A stretch of 64,000 nt of DNA, from the NCBI RefSeq assembly GCF_009914755.1, contig NC_060946.1, one strand, 5' to 3'. Shown here in pieces: positions 32,626 through 48,364 of this stretch. Below the pieces are notes generated by a model, which did not search any database, was not told the DNA's origin, and worked only from the letters and a program-made list of their open reading frames with translations. Position 1 is the first letter of the stretch. The number at the start of each line of letters is the position of its first letter. The stretch comes from the human T2T-CHM13v2.0 reference genome, Homo sapiens. Made by a program: the position numbers and the translations under genes.

Positions 32626-33932
32626 GTGATGATGACATTTTATACAGATGACTGCATTCACACATGCGATGTGACTGTATCTCTTTAAAATGTTAAGTCA
32701 TCATTTACTGTCACTTTAAAGATTTAGTTAATAGCTTTTTATAATGTGGTGTTTCAAATAGACTCATTTTAAATTATAAATCCCATAGTTGATGGCTTGT
32801 TTATACAATGTGTTAGAGAAATCAGTGCATCTAGGAGCTATCTTGCCATTATCTCCATGGATTAGTATCTTTTTCTGGTAGTTCCACATGCTCTTTTTAA
32901 GCTTTCATTTTCTTGTTTTCTTGCTTGTATTTTAAAATCTGATTTTTTAAATAGATAACATGTACATGTGGTCCAACATTTTTAAATAAAAGCATATAAA
33001 GATGAAGATACATGCCTGCCATGCATCTTACTCACCTGTGTCCCAGCTCCTGTTCCTCATTCCCTTTGTTTTGTTTTTTTCATAGCCTCCTAAAGTTTCT
33101 TTATAAACATATGAATATATTTATAATTTTCAACTGTTTTACACTAAAGACAACCTCCTCTATAGTCTTCTCGACTTTGATTTTTTTTTCCTTAAAATTG
33201 TATCTTGGAGAGTTTTCTACTATTAGTTTGAATGTAGAAAGTTTTCTCTTTGTCTTGCTTTTCCTCTCTTTCTCTCTCTCTCTTTTTTAACAGCCACATA
33301 AAATTCCATTTTAGGGATGTACCTTAATTCATTTAGTCTTTTGTAGATGGAAATTTAGGCTGTTTCAAGTCTTTTGCTCTTATAAACAGTGCTGCAGTAC
33401 ATAACATTGAATATGCATCAATTTGTAGATGTGTGGGTGGACCTGAAGATAAATTTCCAGAAGCAGAATTACCAGGTCGGGGTATACGCGTTTGTATTTA
33501 CATAATGCTTGAGCTTCTGTGATGATAATCACTCTATGAAACATAAAAAATCATAGCAGAACTTCTGGGGCCTTAGCCCTTACATTTTAAAAATATTTTT
33601 ATTAATAGTACCTGTCTTCTTTGCATTAGGAGAAACATGAATCACATAAAACATGGTTTTTATTTTATTTTTAAAATTCGTGTGCATCACTAATCTGGAA
33701 ATAAAAGTTCCTTATTCCAGGCTAAATTCCCTCATCCATAGTCACATGTGTTATCCATTGCACCAGTGGCCTGTGCCCTCCCTAATCTTACTCTTTGTTT
33801 TACATCATTGTAAAAGTTACACAGACATCTTCATATCAAGGTGAAATTCCAAATAATACTGTTAATATAACCTAGATAAATCAGGTAGTTAATTGGAACT
33901 TGATGAAAACATTTAAGGATTAATTTTTTAGC

Positions 33933-34152
33933 CACTGATCTTTAATGATATACATATACCAGGATGTGTCTAAAGAATAACTCCCCCCTTCTTGACAAAT
34001 GGTTTTTCTGTGTCTTGGCATTCCATCGCAGTACTGAGCAAAGGCACTGATCTTTAATGATAAACATATACCAGGATGTGTCTAAAGAATAACTCCCCCC
34101 TTCTTGACACATGGCTTTTCTGTGTCTTGGCATTCCATCCCAGTACTGAGCA
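33933..34152. repeat. 108-bp direct duplication with 4-bp spacer (AAGG)
   Basis: 33933-34040 vs 34045-34152, about 4 mismatches. Confidence 0.95.
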
Positions 34153-35928
34153 TCCAGAACCTTACTTTGTTTGTCTCTGTTGGGAATCACAGGTTGCATC
34201 CAGTCTGACCCAGATTTGCTCTGTAAGGCATTGTGGGGGCCAGAGTGGAAGGCTCTAAGAGAGGGGGCAAATGCCTTTTCTAAAATGCCCTTCATTCTTA
34301 TAATTAAAGCATAAAAATTTATGTTACATTTTTCTCTACTACCAATGTAATTTAAAAGCATCTATCAATTCTCTGTACGTGCTTCATGTTATATTTCCAG
34401 TCATATGTTTGATTTTCTTTTTAGAATAGTCTTGATTTCAGATAATTTCAAATCTAAAGCTCAAACAATTTCAATCTAAAATGTAGGTATTTTCTTACAG
34501 TTAGAGAAGTGAAATGTTATATTTTTTCGTTGCATGCATCCGGCACATGCGTTGTAGTCTTGAATTTCCATAATGCTCCTGTGAGGTGGATGTGAGCTCA
34601 GCCTTACAGACAGGAAGACAGCCTCTGACCCTCCTTACATCCTCGTGGTTTTTGTCAGTCAGTTCATGGAAATCACAGTGATTTCAAGGTGTGGTAAGAC
34701 AGGATGTGTACCCAGGCCCAGCTGACTCCAGAGGCCACTCTCAGTATTTCATAGCACATTGCTTCTCAGGAAACAGATCATTGGGGAAATGCGGATGGGT
34801 TTGTGACTTACATTTAATTTTATTTATTTACATTTTATCGCATCATGTTTAAATTATTTTTCATCTGGATATCATCACAAAAGTGTTACTGAAGGCAACA
34901 ATTGCAAATATATGTGCAGTGCTTTGCACTTATACAAAGATACAAAGATATTTACACAAAGGTTGCATTTTTCATGATTTAAAGCAATTTTCAGATGAAA
35001 TACAAAGTTTTCTGGGTCTTTTTGGTTCGTCAAGTACTTGGAAGCTCTGAACAGTGATTATTTAGGACTCTTTTTGTACCATTTAATTGCAGGCTGTCCT
35101 AATCTCTGTCAGCCCTTCACCTTTATGACCTTACCTTGTCTACCAGAACACAGACCCCTCTTACTAAAGGTAGCATTGTGCTACAGGCCCTAGCAGGGAA
35201 TGTTTTCAAGTCTGGGAACCCTCTAATCAAAACTGTCACAAAGATGTCATTGGCACAAACACGTTATTTGTCATCACTTTCTAAGCAGCCCTGGAACTGG
35301 ACTCTGGCCACAGAGATCCCTTAGGAGACATGAGTCCTTACCATTGCCAATTGCCTGTTCTGTGGGCAATCCTAATTGTTGAATGCAGATTAATTAACTT
35401 ATGACATGTGATAGTAAACATCTATCCAAACTTAGGAGGATATAAGAAGCTAGTAAAAGAGGTGGGTTCCAATTAATTGAAAACAAGTTGTGTAATGTTA
35501 AAAGTTTTAATACTTTAGTAATAGTCTGTGCAATGTAAAATAGCTATTAAGCTTTTAATCTGATCAAATGAACACTTGTCTACTAGGGATAATTTGATCC
35601 CAGTGTATTCACTTGGAGAACAAAATTAAATTAATGATTTCTTTATTGCCTAGCAGGATCTGATGTGTAAAATGTTTCTGAAATAATTTTGTCTGTAGTG
35701 TTTCTGACACAAGGGCTGTGGAGAAAGCATGTGATAGCACTTACTCATATAGATTATATATATGAAGTAAAAACACATGGCCAGAACCTGTCTTTTTCTG
35801 AATATATTTGCTCAGTTAATTTTTTCTTCTGCATAAGAAATCATCTCGAATGTTCTTATGTGATGCGTAAAGTGGTGAAGGTGGAAGATAAACATATAAC
35901 CCATTGAATTCTCTTTTCCAATATCTAG

Positions 35929-36039
<111 letters not shown>

Positions 36040-36096
36040 TAGACCTACGGATTTGACAGTGAAGTGCTTCTCAAAGTGCTTTCAAAATAAATTACC

Positions 36097-36250
36097 TAAT
36101 TAGCTGGGGATGGTGATGCATGCCTGTAGGCCCAGCTACACGGAAGGCTGAGACAGGAGGATTGAGCCCAGGAGTTCAAGGCTGCAGTGAGCTCTGATCA
36201 CCACTGCATTCCAGCCTGGGTGACAGAGCAAGACCCTGTCTGAAAAAATG
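36097..36250 (+). mobile_element. Alu monomer (FRAM/AluJ right arm)
   Basis: aattagctggg...gcctgtagg...ggctgcagtgagctctgatcaccactgcattccagcctgggtgacagagcaagaccctgtc. Confidence 0.8.
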
Positions 36251-36535
36251 AAAACTGATGGACAAGAAGAGGTAACACAATGTAGCCTCTAGGACAGAGC
36301 ACTGAGCTAAATGCTTTTCTCTTCTTGAGGGTTCAGTTTTCCTAATCATCCTACCAGCTCCCAAAGGTAGTCACTCGGGTTAGTCAATCTCTCTATTCAT
36401 TCATAGAATGGGCCTGATGCCAGTCAAAGGCTGTGCTATGGCCAGGACACAGGGGACTCCAGCCAGCATGCCTTAATAGAAGTGGGGCCTTCTGCTACCC
36501 AGCCAATGAGTGGCCCTCCTCTTGAGAGGTTATGA

Positions 36536-36904
<369 letters not shown>

Positions 36905-37003
36905 TAATAAGTGAAAAAGAAATTAACAGTATTTACAAATTTAATAGTAAATATGTATAATCAGAGTTTGAGGTATTTTTCAATGAAGACATTTTCTTTG
37001 CAG

Positions 37004-37115
37004 AAAGAAATTTCAGAGCTTCCAAGACCAAAAACTTAAAATAAGTAAAGAAGAGAGTAAAATTCTTAAAAAAGGCTCAGAAAGATGGATTTTTGCATGA
37101 GACGCTTCTGGACAG
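37004..37115 (+). pseudogene. FRG1: FRG1 exon 8 (112 nt, 1-nt insertion in A-run)
   Basis: ttgcag| KKFQSFQDQKLKISKEESKILK then 6 A before GG; resumes KDGFLHETLLD in another frame; |gtagct. Confidence 0.92.
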
Positions 37116-38292
37116 GTAGCTATTTATTTACTTATTTTCACTATTTTCAGTAGCCAATAGAAATGGCATGTAGAAAACCTATATTCTCTTAAATTACTGT
37201 AGTTTTCACATTTTTGTCTTTATTTCTAATTTATGAGTGTGGCAATATTACCTAGAGAGGACATCATGAGTTTGGGAAAAGACTGTCAAGAAAGAATATC
37301 TAAAAATTATAACCGATTCTAAGTATATATTTTAAGAAATTCAGGTTTGACTGTATCTACTTCATAAATTTATCATTATATTTTTATAACTATTAGAACC
37401 AGAGTTAGAAAGAAGCAGTTTGACTAATATAAAAATTATGTGGATTCTGTTAGAGTAGTTCAGGTTCCTTAAAATAAGCATAGATCAACTAAAAAACTAA
37501 GTATAAAAGCTAAACAAGTGAAATTGAAGCAGTTTTATTGTAAGATTTGGAAGAGTGCAGGATGTTTATCATAGCACATTATTAATATTTATTACTCTTC
37601 CTATGTAGATAAGTAATGTCCTAGATTTACAACATAGAAAAACAGGTAGAGACGTTTAGCTGTGAGTGTACAAGTATAAATCAATTAAGTGCCAGATTTT
37701 GATAATCACCAGCTGCTCATTCAAGTCCTATGTTGCAAAGTTAGTCTTACGCTTTTTTTACATTACTTGATAAAGGCAATGTTTAATTACATATTTCCTA
37801 TTAACTAGCTGGTAGAGTTCATACCTAAAGTCAGTAAATAATGTTAAGAATTTTTTCCAGCTGAGCAAATGAGTATGTATCTAGTTGTAAGAAATCAAGA
37901 AGAGGATATAAAATATAATCAGGATGTGGACTCTAAAACGAAATAACCTCTATGTCCTGTAACTTTTATCACTCGTAATAATACAGCATTCTCACCCTAT
38001 TAAATGGAAATTTAAAGCACCTTTAAATTCCAGAATAATTAAAATTGCTATTTGGATTGGAAAAGCCCTTAGGCAACATTTATTGAATATTAGGAAATAA
38101 CTTTTATAAGATTAGAATCCATTTTTTATAGAAACAAAATTTGAAAGTATACATATTTTAATATAAGTGTTGTGGTAATACAGTAACCAAAATTGAACAC
38201 ACAGTTTTAAAGCTTTTTATATTTAGTAGCAGTTGAATATATATGCCATGTTTTACATAGATTAATTTTACTATTTTTCTTTATTTAAACAA

Positions 38293-38405
38293 GAGAACCA
38301 AATTGAAAGCCAACAGATACTGCAAATGACTGGAATTTTTGTTTCTGCCTTATCTTTTTGTGTTTTTTTTCTGAATAAAATATTCAGAGGAAATGCTTTT
38401 ACAGA
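38293..38405 (+). pseudogene. FRG1: FRG1 exon 9 with stop codon and 3' UTR
   Basis: RTKLKANRYCK* (TGA 38327-38329); acceptor reads aaacaa. Confidence 0.9.
38374..38379 (+). terminator. Polyadenylation signal AATAAA of the FRG1 copy
   Basis: AATAAA 45 nt after the stop, followed by a GT-rich downstream element (~38410-38425). Confidence 0.8.
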
Positions 38406-39424
38406 GTTCTTGAGTTGTTGTGAAATTATTATTTAGCTAGTACCTAGTTTAACCAGGATTAAACAAGTTTAATCAGGATTCTTCATGGATGTACTTTTTA
38501 GCTAACTACAGTTTTTCACATGGAAATGAAACTTACAGTTCACACTTAACATACCACAGAATTTTTTTCTGGATTTCCTGTCCTGAAGCATGAAGTGTAG
38601 TAGAAACCAATTCTTCCTGCGCTACTTGTGGAATCTTTCTTACTGGATCATAATCTTACTTACTTTATACAATAGATGCTTAATCAGTGCCTTTAATAGG
38701 AAGTTAGAAACTCCCAATCCAATCAACAAGGCTTTGATTCTACCTCCTAAGTAGTATCCAGATCGCAGACAATCCAAATATCAGAACTAGGGGGCCGGGC
38801 AGAGAGGACAAATCATCTATTAGGGAGTGGGACAGAAAGTAGGAACATTACAAAGGAGCAAGTAGTCTCAGAACAGAGGGGAGAGTAGTACTGGGAAAAC
38901 TCCCTACTGAGGACAGGTTTGCCACAGTGGATATGTATGTGATGCTTTTGTCCTCGTGGGCTGGAATGGAAGCTGATAAAGTTCAGACGCTACGTGTTGC
39001 TTAGGTCTGCTTTGTTGAAGCCTGTCTTTTTCAGAGTTCCTAAACACAATATTCCCGTGGCATCTAATCCCAGTGAGTGCTCCAAATCCAGGCTGTGTAT
39101 CAGATGCCACGGGAAATTCTGCCTCAGGACTGAGGTTGGTTCAAGCATCTGGATGATGTCAAAAGTCCACGTTGTGTGCTGGCCTAACTTGAAAGACCCT
39201 ATCTAGTTCTAGCCTTTAAATTCCTTCTGTCACCAAATCTGGAGTTACATGGCATCTGTACAAGCTAAGTAGCCGAGGCATGGGATCAGCCCTATAAAGG
39301 AGCTTCTGGAGCTTTTTTTGTAGGTCTAGCTTCAACTTGGCACTCCAGTTCCAATAGCTGGACTTTCTCTCATCGTGTGTGCTGATCCTTGGATTGGGAA
39401 CAAAGTAACCACTCTGATCCCTCA

Positions 39425-39590
39425 AAGCAGTGGTTCCTGTTCCCAACTGGTGACTATTTTGCCTCCCAGGGAACATTTTTGGTTTTCCCAACTGGAATAA
39501 GGTGTTAGAGAGTAGAGGCTAGGGATGCTGTGAAGCATGTTGCAGAATCCTCTTCCGCCCAGAATGCTAACAGTGCCAAGGTTATGGAGC
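39425..39590 (+). mobile_element. MER20 DNA transposon
   Basis: cagtggttc...ttttgcctcccagggaacattt...gtagaggctagggatgctg...cagaatgctaacagtgccaaggtt. Confidence 0.7.
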
Positions 39591-39649
39591 CTTCCCACCC
39601 AAGGGCTTGGCCTATTTCTTGCTTTTGCCAGCTCCCTAACCCTTAAACA

Positions 39650-39835
39650 CAACAGTTCAAATCTATATGCATAAGCATCTCCTAGGGACCTGCACGTTTC
39701 CAATATCGACTACTGAGACCCATCCGTAGAGATGCAGGCTTAGGAGGTCTAGGATTGGGCTCAAAATTTGCATTTTAACAAGTACTCTAGGTCATTCTGA
39801 AGCAAGTGATACAAACCACAGAATGAGGAACACGC
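39650..39835. mobile_element. MER5-family remnant
   Basis: aggtctagg...aaatttgcattttaacaagtactctaggtcattctgaagca. Confidence 0.55.
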
Positions 39836-40939
39836 CTTCAGGAGACTGAATCTTGCTTCCCAACACTAGCTTGGTATCTGAGACCATCTGCCTGCTGACT
39901 GGCTTTCCTGGCACAAACATTCCGCATGTAGGCACAGTGTATTCCTGGACTCCATGTCAACCCGTTCACCCTTATGTTCCCTTGGTTCCTCTCCACAGTC
40001 CAGCGAGCAGAACTGATTACAGATCTTGACAACAGAAGATACAGATTTAAAATAACTTGCCTGTTCCCGTGGACTTTATCCACTAGTGGAGGAGGACAAG
40101 TGGACAAGGGGAGAGGGTAGGTGGGGGCTCCTTCCCTATTCCTCCCATTCCACTTTATACAAACCCCAGCTAGACCACTGGGAGAGCAACGGAGGTTAAG
40201 AATGACTGCATCTAAATATTGTCATCTAGTCCACTCTTCTTCCATCTTGTACACAAGAATATCATGAGTTTTGCTTAAAGCACTACTGAAACCAAGATAA
40301 ACTCTGGCTTGGCATGCCTCTGACAGATCAGTCTAGTAATCTTATCAAAACCAAGACTACCTAAAAGCACTAACCAAAGGAAAGCTCCCTCACCCCAACC
40401 TATGACTGCTCACATTTTTCAGATTGAATCATTTCAATTGTATTTTAAGGTTCATTGACTCTTCACCACCTCCAAGCTGCTCCTGAACACAACTGATTGT
40501 TATTTTTTAATTCTGAAAACTTTCTCACTTCTAGAATTTCCACTTGAGCCTTTGTTATTATTGTAGTTTCTTCTTCTCTGCTGTGATTTCCTATCCATTT
40601 ATTTTATGGGTTTTTGGGGTTTTGATTTTAGTAAGAATTACAATAACTACTTTAAAAATCCACACTAATTCCAACATCTGGGTCATCGAGGTCAGTCTCT
40701 ATTGATTGCCTTTTTCTTTGAATATGTTTCTTTATAAGTTTGATATAATGGGATTGAATTCTGAATATTGTAAAACTAGATTTTGTTTTGTTCCTCTGAA
40801 AATTTTGATAATTTTATGTTGTATTTGTTGTATTTTGTTTGATTGTTTTTTTCTATTGTATACTTTACAATATATTTTCCTCCAATGGTTTTAACGTTTC
40901 TATTTCTCAAAATATTTATGTTAAAAATTATACAAAGTA

Positions 40940-41452
40940 ACTTGGTGCAGTGGCTCCCATCTGTAATCCCAGAACTTTTAGAGGCCAAGGCAGGAGGGTC
41001 ACTTGAGCCCAGGAGTTGGAAGCCAGCCTAGACAACAGGACAAGAACCTGTCTCCACAAAAAATTATTAGGGTGGTGCAAAAAGTAATTGCGGGTTTTGC
41101 CATTACTTTCAATGGCAAAACCCGCAATTACTCTTGCACCAACCTGATAAGAAATAAGCTGGGTATGGTGGTGGCGTGTACCTGTGGTCTCAGCTATTTG
41201 GGAAGTGAAGGCAGAGGTGGGAGGATTGCTTGAGTCCAGGAGTTCCAGACTAGCTGGAGACCCTGTCTCTATGAGAAAAAAAAAAAAAAAATAGCTGGGC
41301 CCACGTACCTGTAGCAACTTGGGAGGCAAAGGCAGAGGTGCCAGAATCACTTGAGCCCAGAAGCTCAAGGCTGCAGGGCACTGTGATTGTGCCACTGCAC
41401 TCCAGCCTGAGTGATGGAGCATGACCATGACTCCAAATAATAATAATAATTA
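40940..41452 (+). mobile_element. Composite AluJ arms interrupted by MADE1
   Basis: Left arm ~40940-41063, further arms ~41150-41290 and ~41291-41450. Confidence 0.75.
41067..41147. mobile_element. MADE1 (Hsmar1-derived MITE), miR-548-like hairpin
   Basis: TA|ttagggtggtgcaaaaagtaattgcgggttttgccatt actttc aatggcaaaacccgcaattactcttgcaccaacctga|TA. Confidence 0.92.
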
Positions 41453-41530
41453 CAAAAAGGAAAGACCTAGAACACCAGGTTAGGGTTAAGTATTCTAAAA
41501 TTCAGCTGACTTACTCTGTTCACTATAAAG

Positions 41531-41685
41531 CAGGTTGCCACAGAAAATATAGCATGCCCAGTTAATTTGAAATTTCAGATAAACAAATACTTTTTTCAGT
41601 GTAAGTATGTCTCATGCAGTATTTGGGACATGAGTATACTAAAATATTATTCTTTGTTTATCTGAAATTGAAATTTAACTGGGTA
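41531..41685. mobile_element. MER53 palindromic hAT element (miR-1302-type source)
   Basis: cccagttaatttgaaatttcagataaacaa...ttgtttatctgaaattgaaatttaactggg inverted arms; core gtatgtctca...tttgggacatg. Confidence 0.85.
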
Positions 41686-42193
41686 TTACGTAATTATAGC
41701 AGACTGACCATAACAGATATGAGCTGAGCAAAATTCTACTTTAAACTTCAAGGTTTATAATAAATGCATTATTAATCAAGAACTATTATTTACTGAGACC
41801 TGTGTAGATCCCCGTATTTATCTTTTTAAATGTGGAACTAGGAAAGCTACATAAAGAACATTTATAGAAATAAATGACTGTTCTATAGCTGAAAGGAAAA
41901 CTCTAGCTTTTATTTTTCTCCCCAAACTTAAGGTTTATTCTACATTTGTATAAACAATAAAATTACAGCTCAACTTTGGAAGCACAGATCATAATATAAA
42001 AATAAAGCAAAGATCCCAGAAACATTTAACAGGCAACAAACCTTTCACATCATCTTACTATATCAACTAAACATATAATAACTTAGAATGATCCATTAAT
42101 TATAAGTAAAGAATAAATTCTTTTATAAAGCATAACTATTAATATTATTGACCATCATAAGAGCAAATATTTTAAGTAAAACACCATGAATAC

Positions 42194-42449
42194 TTTACAG
42201 AAAGGAGCGAGTTGCAGACACAGTCATTCTTGGATTCCTTTCAACACCAGGCTTTCTTCCCTTTTGACCTGAACTGGGAGTTGAATATTTCCTCTCTTTG
42301 CCCTCTGACCCTCTAGTCTCTGAAGCATCTTTTGTACTAGAGGTATGTGCAGAGACTTCCTGGAAATTTGGATTTGTAAATTGTGCTGTTGTATCTTCTA
42401 GGCACTGCAGTGATCCAGATATAGAGCTGTTGCTCTTGCTTGTATAAGT
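42194..42449 (-). pseudogene. MLLT10: Single genomic exon of MLLT10 (AF10), pseudogene fragment
   Basis: Translates TYTSKSNSSISGSLQCLEDTTAQFTNPNFQEVSAHTSSTKDASETRGSEGKERKYSTPSSGQKGRKPGVERNPRMTVSATRSFL*, colinear with AF10 TYTSTSNNSISGSLKRLEDTTARFTNANFQEVSAHTSSGKDVSETRGSEGK...; polypyrimidine tract upstream, gtattc donor downstream. Confidence 0.88.
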
Positions 42450-43676
42450 GTAACATTTTGATTCAAAAAAGGAAGTAAAAGGAAGAGAGTTGATTACATT
42501 TGGCTACTGACATTAATAATAATAAATAATAATTGTACTTGTAATATAAACATCTGAAAGTTTTAGTTCTAAGAATGGGTGTCCACATAAGAGAATTATG
42601 TAAAAATAATTAATGTCTATTATAATTACTTTTCTTTAACCAAAGAAAAAGTATAATTTAAAGATGGCTGTTTAAGGATCAAATTGCAGCCATTGGTAAA
42701 AGTAGATATTAGTCATATTTATTAACTGACACACAGTGATACTGAAGGCACTTATTTCTCAAGAAACATTATTTTTTCCCAACAAGAACATACTACATCC
42801 TAGACATGAAATGAAAATAAGCTTTAATTTTCACCACAGGAGGGCGACAATCAGAGAACTGAGGTGGTACAGATCCATTAGAGGACCATATCCATGAGTC
42901 CATCACTCTCTACTGTAGGACAGAGCAAGAATTTTTAAAGAATCTCGGTGAAGGCTCCTTTTCAAAAAAATACAAAGATTAAAGCCTTTGAAACGTAAAT
43001 TATTTTTTCCAGTTATTACACTGAGGACAAAGTTATAGTTGCAAAGTTAAGATTTTTATAACTATCCCTAAAATTGATTCTCAGTGACTCCCTTGATCTA
43101 CATATGTTAAGGGAAAAAGGCAAGATAAAGATGTGTTAAATATTTTCCAGTTTTTAATAATCAGCTTTAATATAAGGTATACCCAAATCATGGTTAATTA
43201 AATGACAATGAAAGAATGTTATAGCAGATGCTCACTTATCAACATGCCTTGAAATTAAAGGTTTATAAGGTGCATAAGGGCAAAGTTTTTGATGTTGCCA
43301 TTACATTCACAAAAGTATCTGAGGCGTGTACAGCATGAAGTTCACTAAGTGCTTGCAACATAACCAACACTAAATTTTGTTGAATAAATAAATGAATACT
43401 TTTGTATAGCATCTGTTCAAAATCTCTGATGTAAAAATGAAAATAATCTGAAAATATGCAAAACTGAAATTTCCCACATACGGTTGCCAATTCGGACAAA
43501 CAATAAGATGAATTTCAAAATGAGAACATGACAATAAAATCAAGTTTCAAAATGGCTGACCTTTTTTAGCAATACCCATGTTCAAAAAAAGGAATAAGAC
43601 ATCAATTGTTTTGAGAACCAAAATTTCACTGCTGCTTTTCTCACACCCTGTTGTTAACCTAAGCCCCCATGCTCTT

Positions 43677-43765
43677 ACTGTCAATAACAGATTTTCATCA
43701 TAAAATACAAGAAACAGGCCGGGTGACTATCAATAGCAGATTTTCATCATCAAATACAAGAAACA

Positions 43766-43774
<9 letters not shown>
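43677..43774. repeat. 49-bp tandem duplication spanning an Alu 5' junction
   Basis: actgtcaataacagattttcatcataaaatacaagaaacaggccgggtg / actatcaatagcagattttcatcatcaaatacaagaaacaggccgggca. Confidence 0.9.
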
Positions 43775-47251
<3,477 letters not shown>

Positions 47252-47935
47252 ACAAGAAACAACAGATGCTGGGAAGGCTGTGGAGAAATAAACACTTTTA
47301 CACTGTTGGTAGGAATGTTAATTAGTTCAATCATTGTGGAAGACAGTTTGGCAATTCTGCAAGGATCTAGAACCAGAAATACCATCTGACCCAGAAATCC
47401 CATTACTGGGTATATATCCAAAGGACTATAAATCATTCTATTATAAAGATGCATGCACACATATGTTTATAGCAGCACTATTCCCATTAGCAAAAACATG
47501 GAATCAATCCAAATGCCCATCAGTGATAGACTGGATAAAGAAAATGTGGTACATACACGCCATGGAGTACTATGCAGCCATAAAAAGGAATGAGATCATG
47601 TCTTTTGCAGGGACATGAATGAATCTAGAAACCATCATCTTCAGCAGTCTAATACAGGAACAGAAGACCAAACACCACATGTTCTCACTCATAAGTGGGA
47701 GCTGAATAATGAGAACACCTGGACACAGGGAGGGGAACAACACACACTGGGGCCTGTCATTGGGGACGGGGAGGAAGAGCATCAGGAAGAGCTAACGCAT
47801 GTGGGGCTTAATACCTAGGCACCTAGGCTGTGGGTTGATAGGTACAGCAAATCATCATAGTGCACGTTTACCTACGTAACAAACCTGCATGTCCTGCACA
47901 TTTATCCTGGAACTTAAAATAAAATTTTAAAAAAT
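47252..47935 (+). mobile_element. Older L1PA (PA7/PA8-like) 3' fragment
   Basis: ORF 47334-47618 ([30 protein letters not shown]); different 3' UTR. Confidence 0.8.
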
Positions 47936-47957
47936 ATAAAGAAAACAAGAGTACTGA

Positions 47958-48362
47958 AAATTGGCTCACAGTTCCACAGCCTGTACAGCAAGCATGATGC
48001 TGACATCTGCTCAGCTTCTGGGGAGGCCTCAGCACACTTAACAATCATGGTGAAAGGGAAAGCAAGAGCAGGAGGAAGAGAGAGGGGGAAGGTCCTACAC
48101 ACTTTAAACAACAAGATCTCATGAGAACTCTATCACAAGAGCAGCGCTAGGGGGATTATGCTTAACCAATAGAAACTGCTCCCATGGACCAGCCACCTCA
48201 CAGCAGGCCCCATCTCCGACAGTGGGAACCACTTGAGGCTGCTCCTGTGGACCAGCCACCTTCCAGCAGGCCCCGTCTCCAACACTGGGAACCACTGGAA
48301 ACTGCTCCCATGGACCAGCCACCTCCCAGCAGGCCCCATCTCCGACACTGGGGATTACATTT
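47958..48362 (-). mobile_element. MaLR LTR (MST type) with internal 63-bp triplication
   Basis: attggctcacagttccacagcctgtacagcaagcatgatgctg...; 63-bp unit starting at 48172, 48235, 48298. Confidence 0.8.
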
Positions 48363-48364
48363 CT

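Noticed and set aside
33901-34152. Intronic C/D-box snoRNA pair (TGATGA ... CTGA near the duplicated unit)
   Set aside because: C box lacks the leading purine, lies outside the duplicated unit, and no terminal stem or guide complementarity is evident
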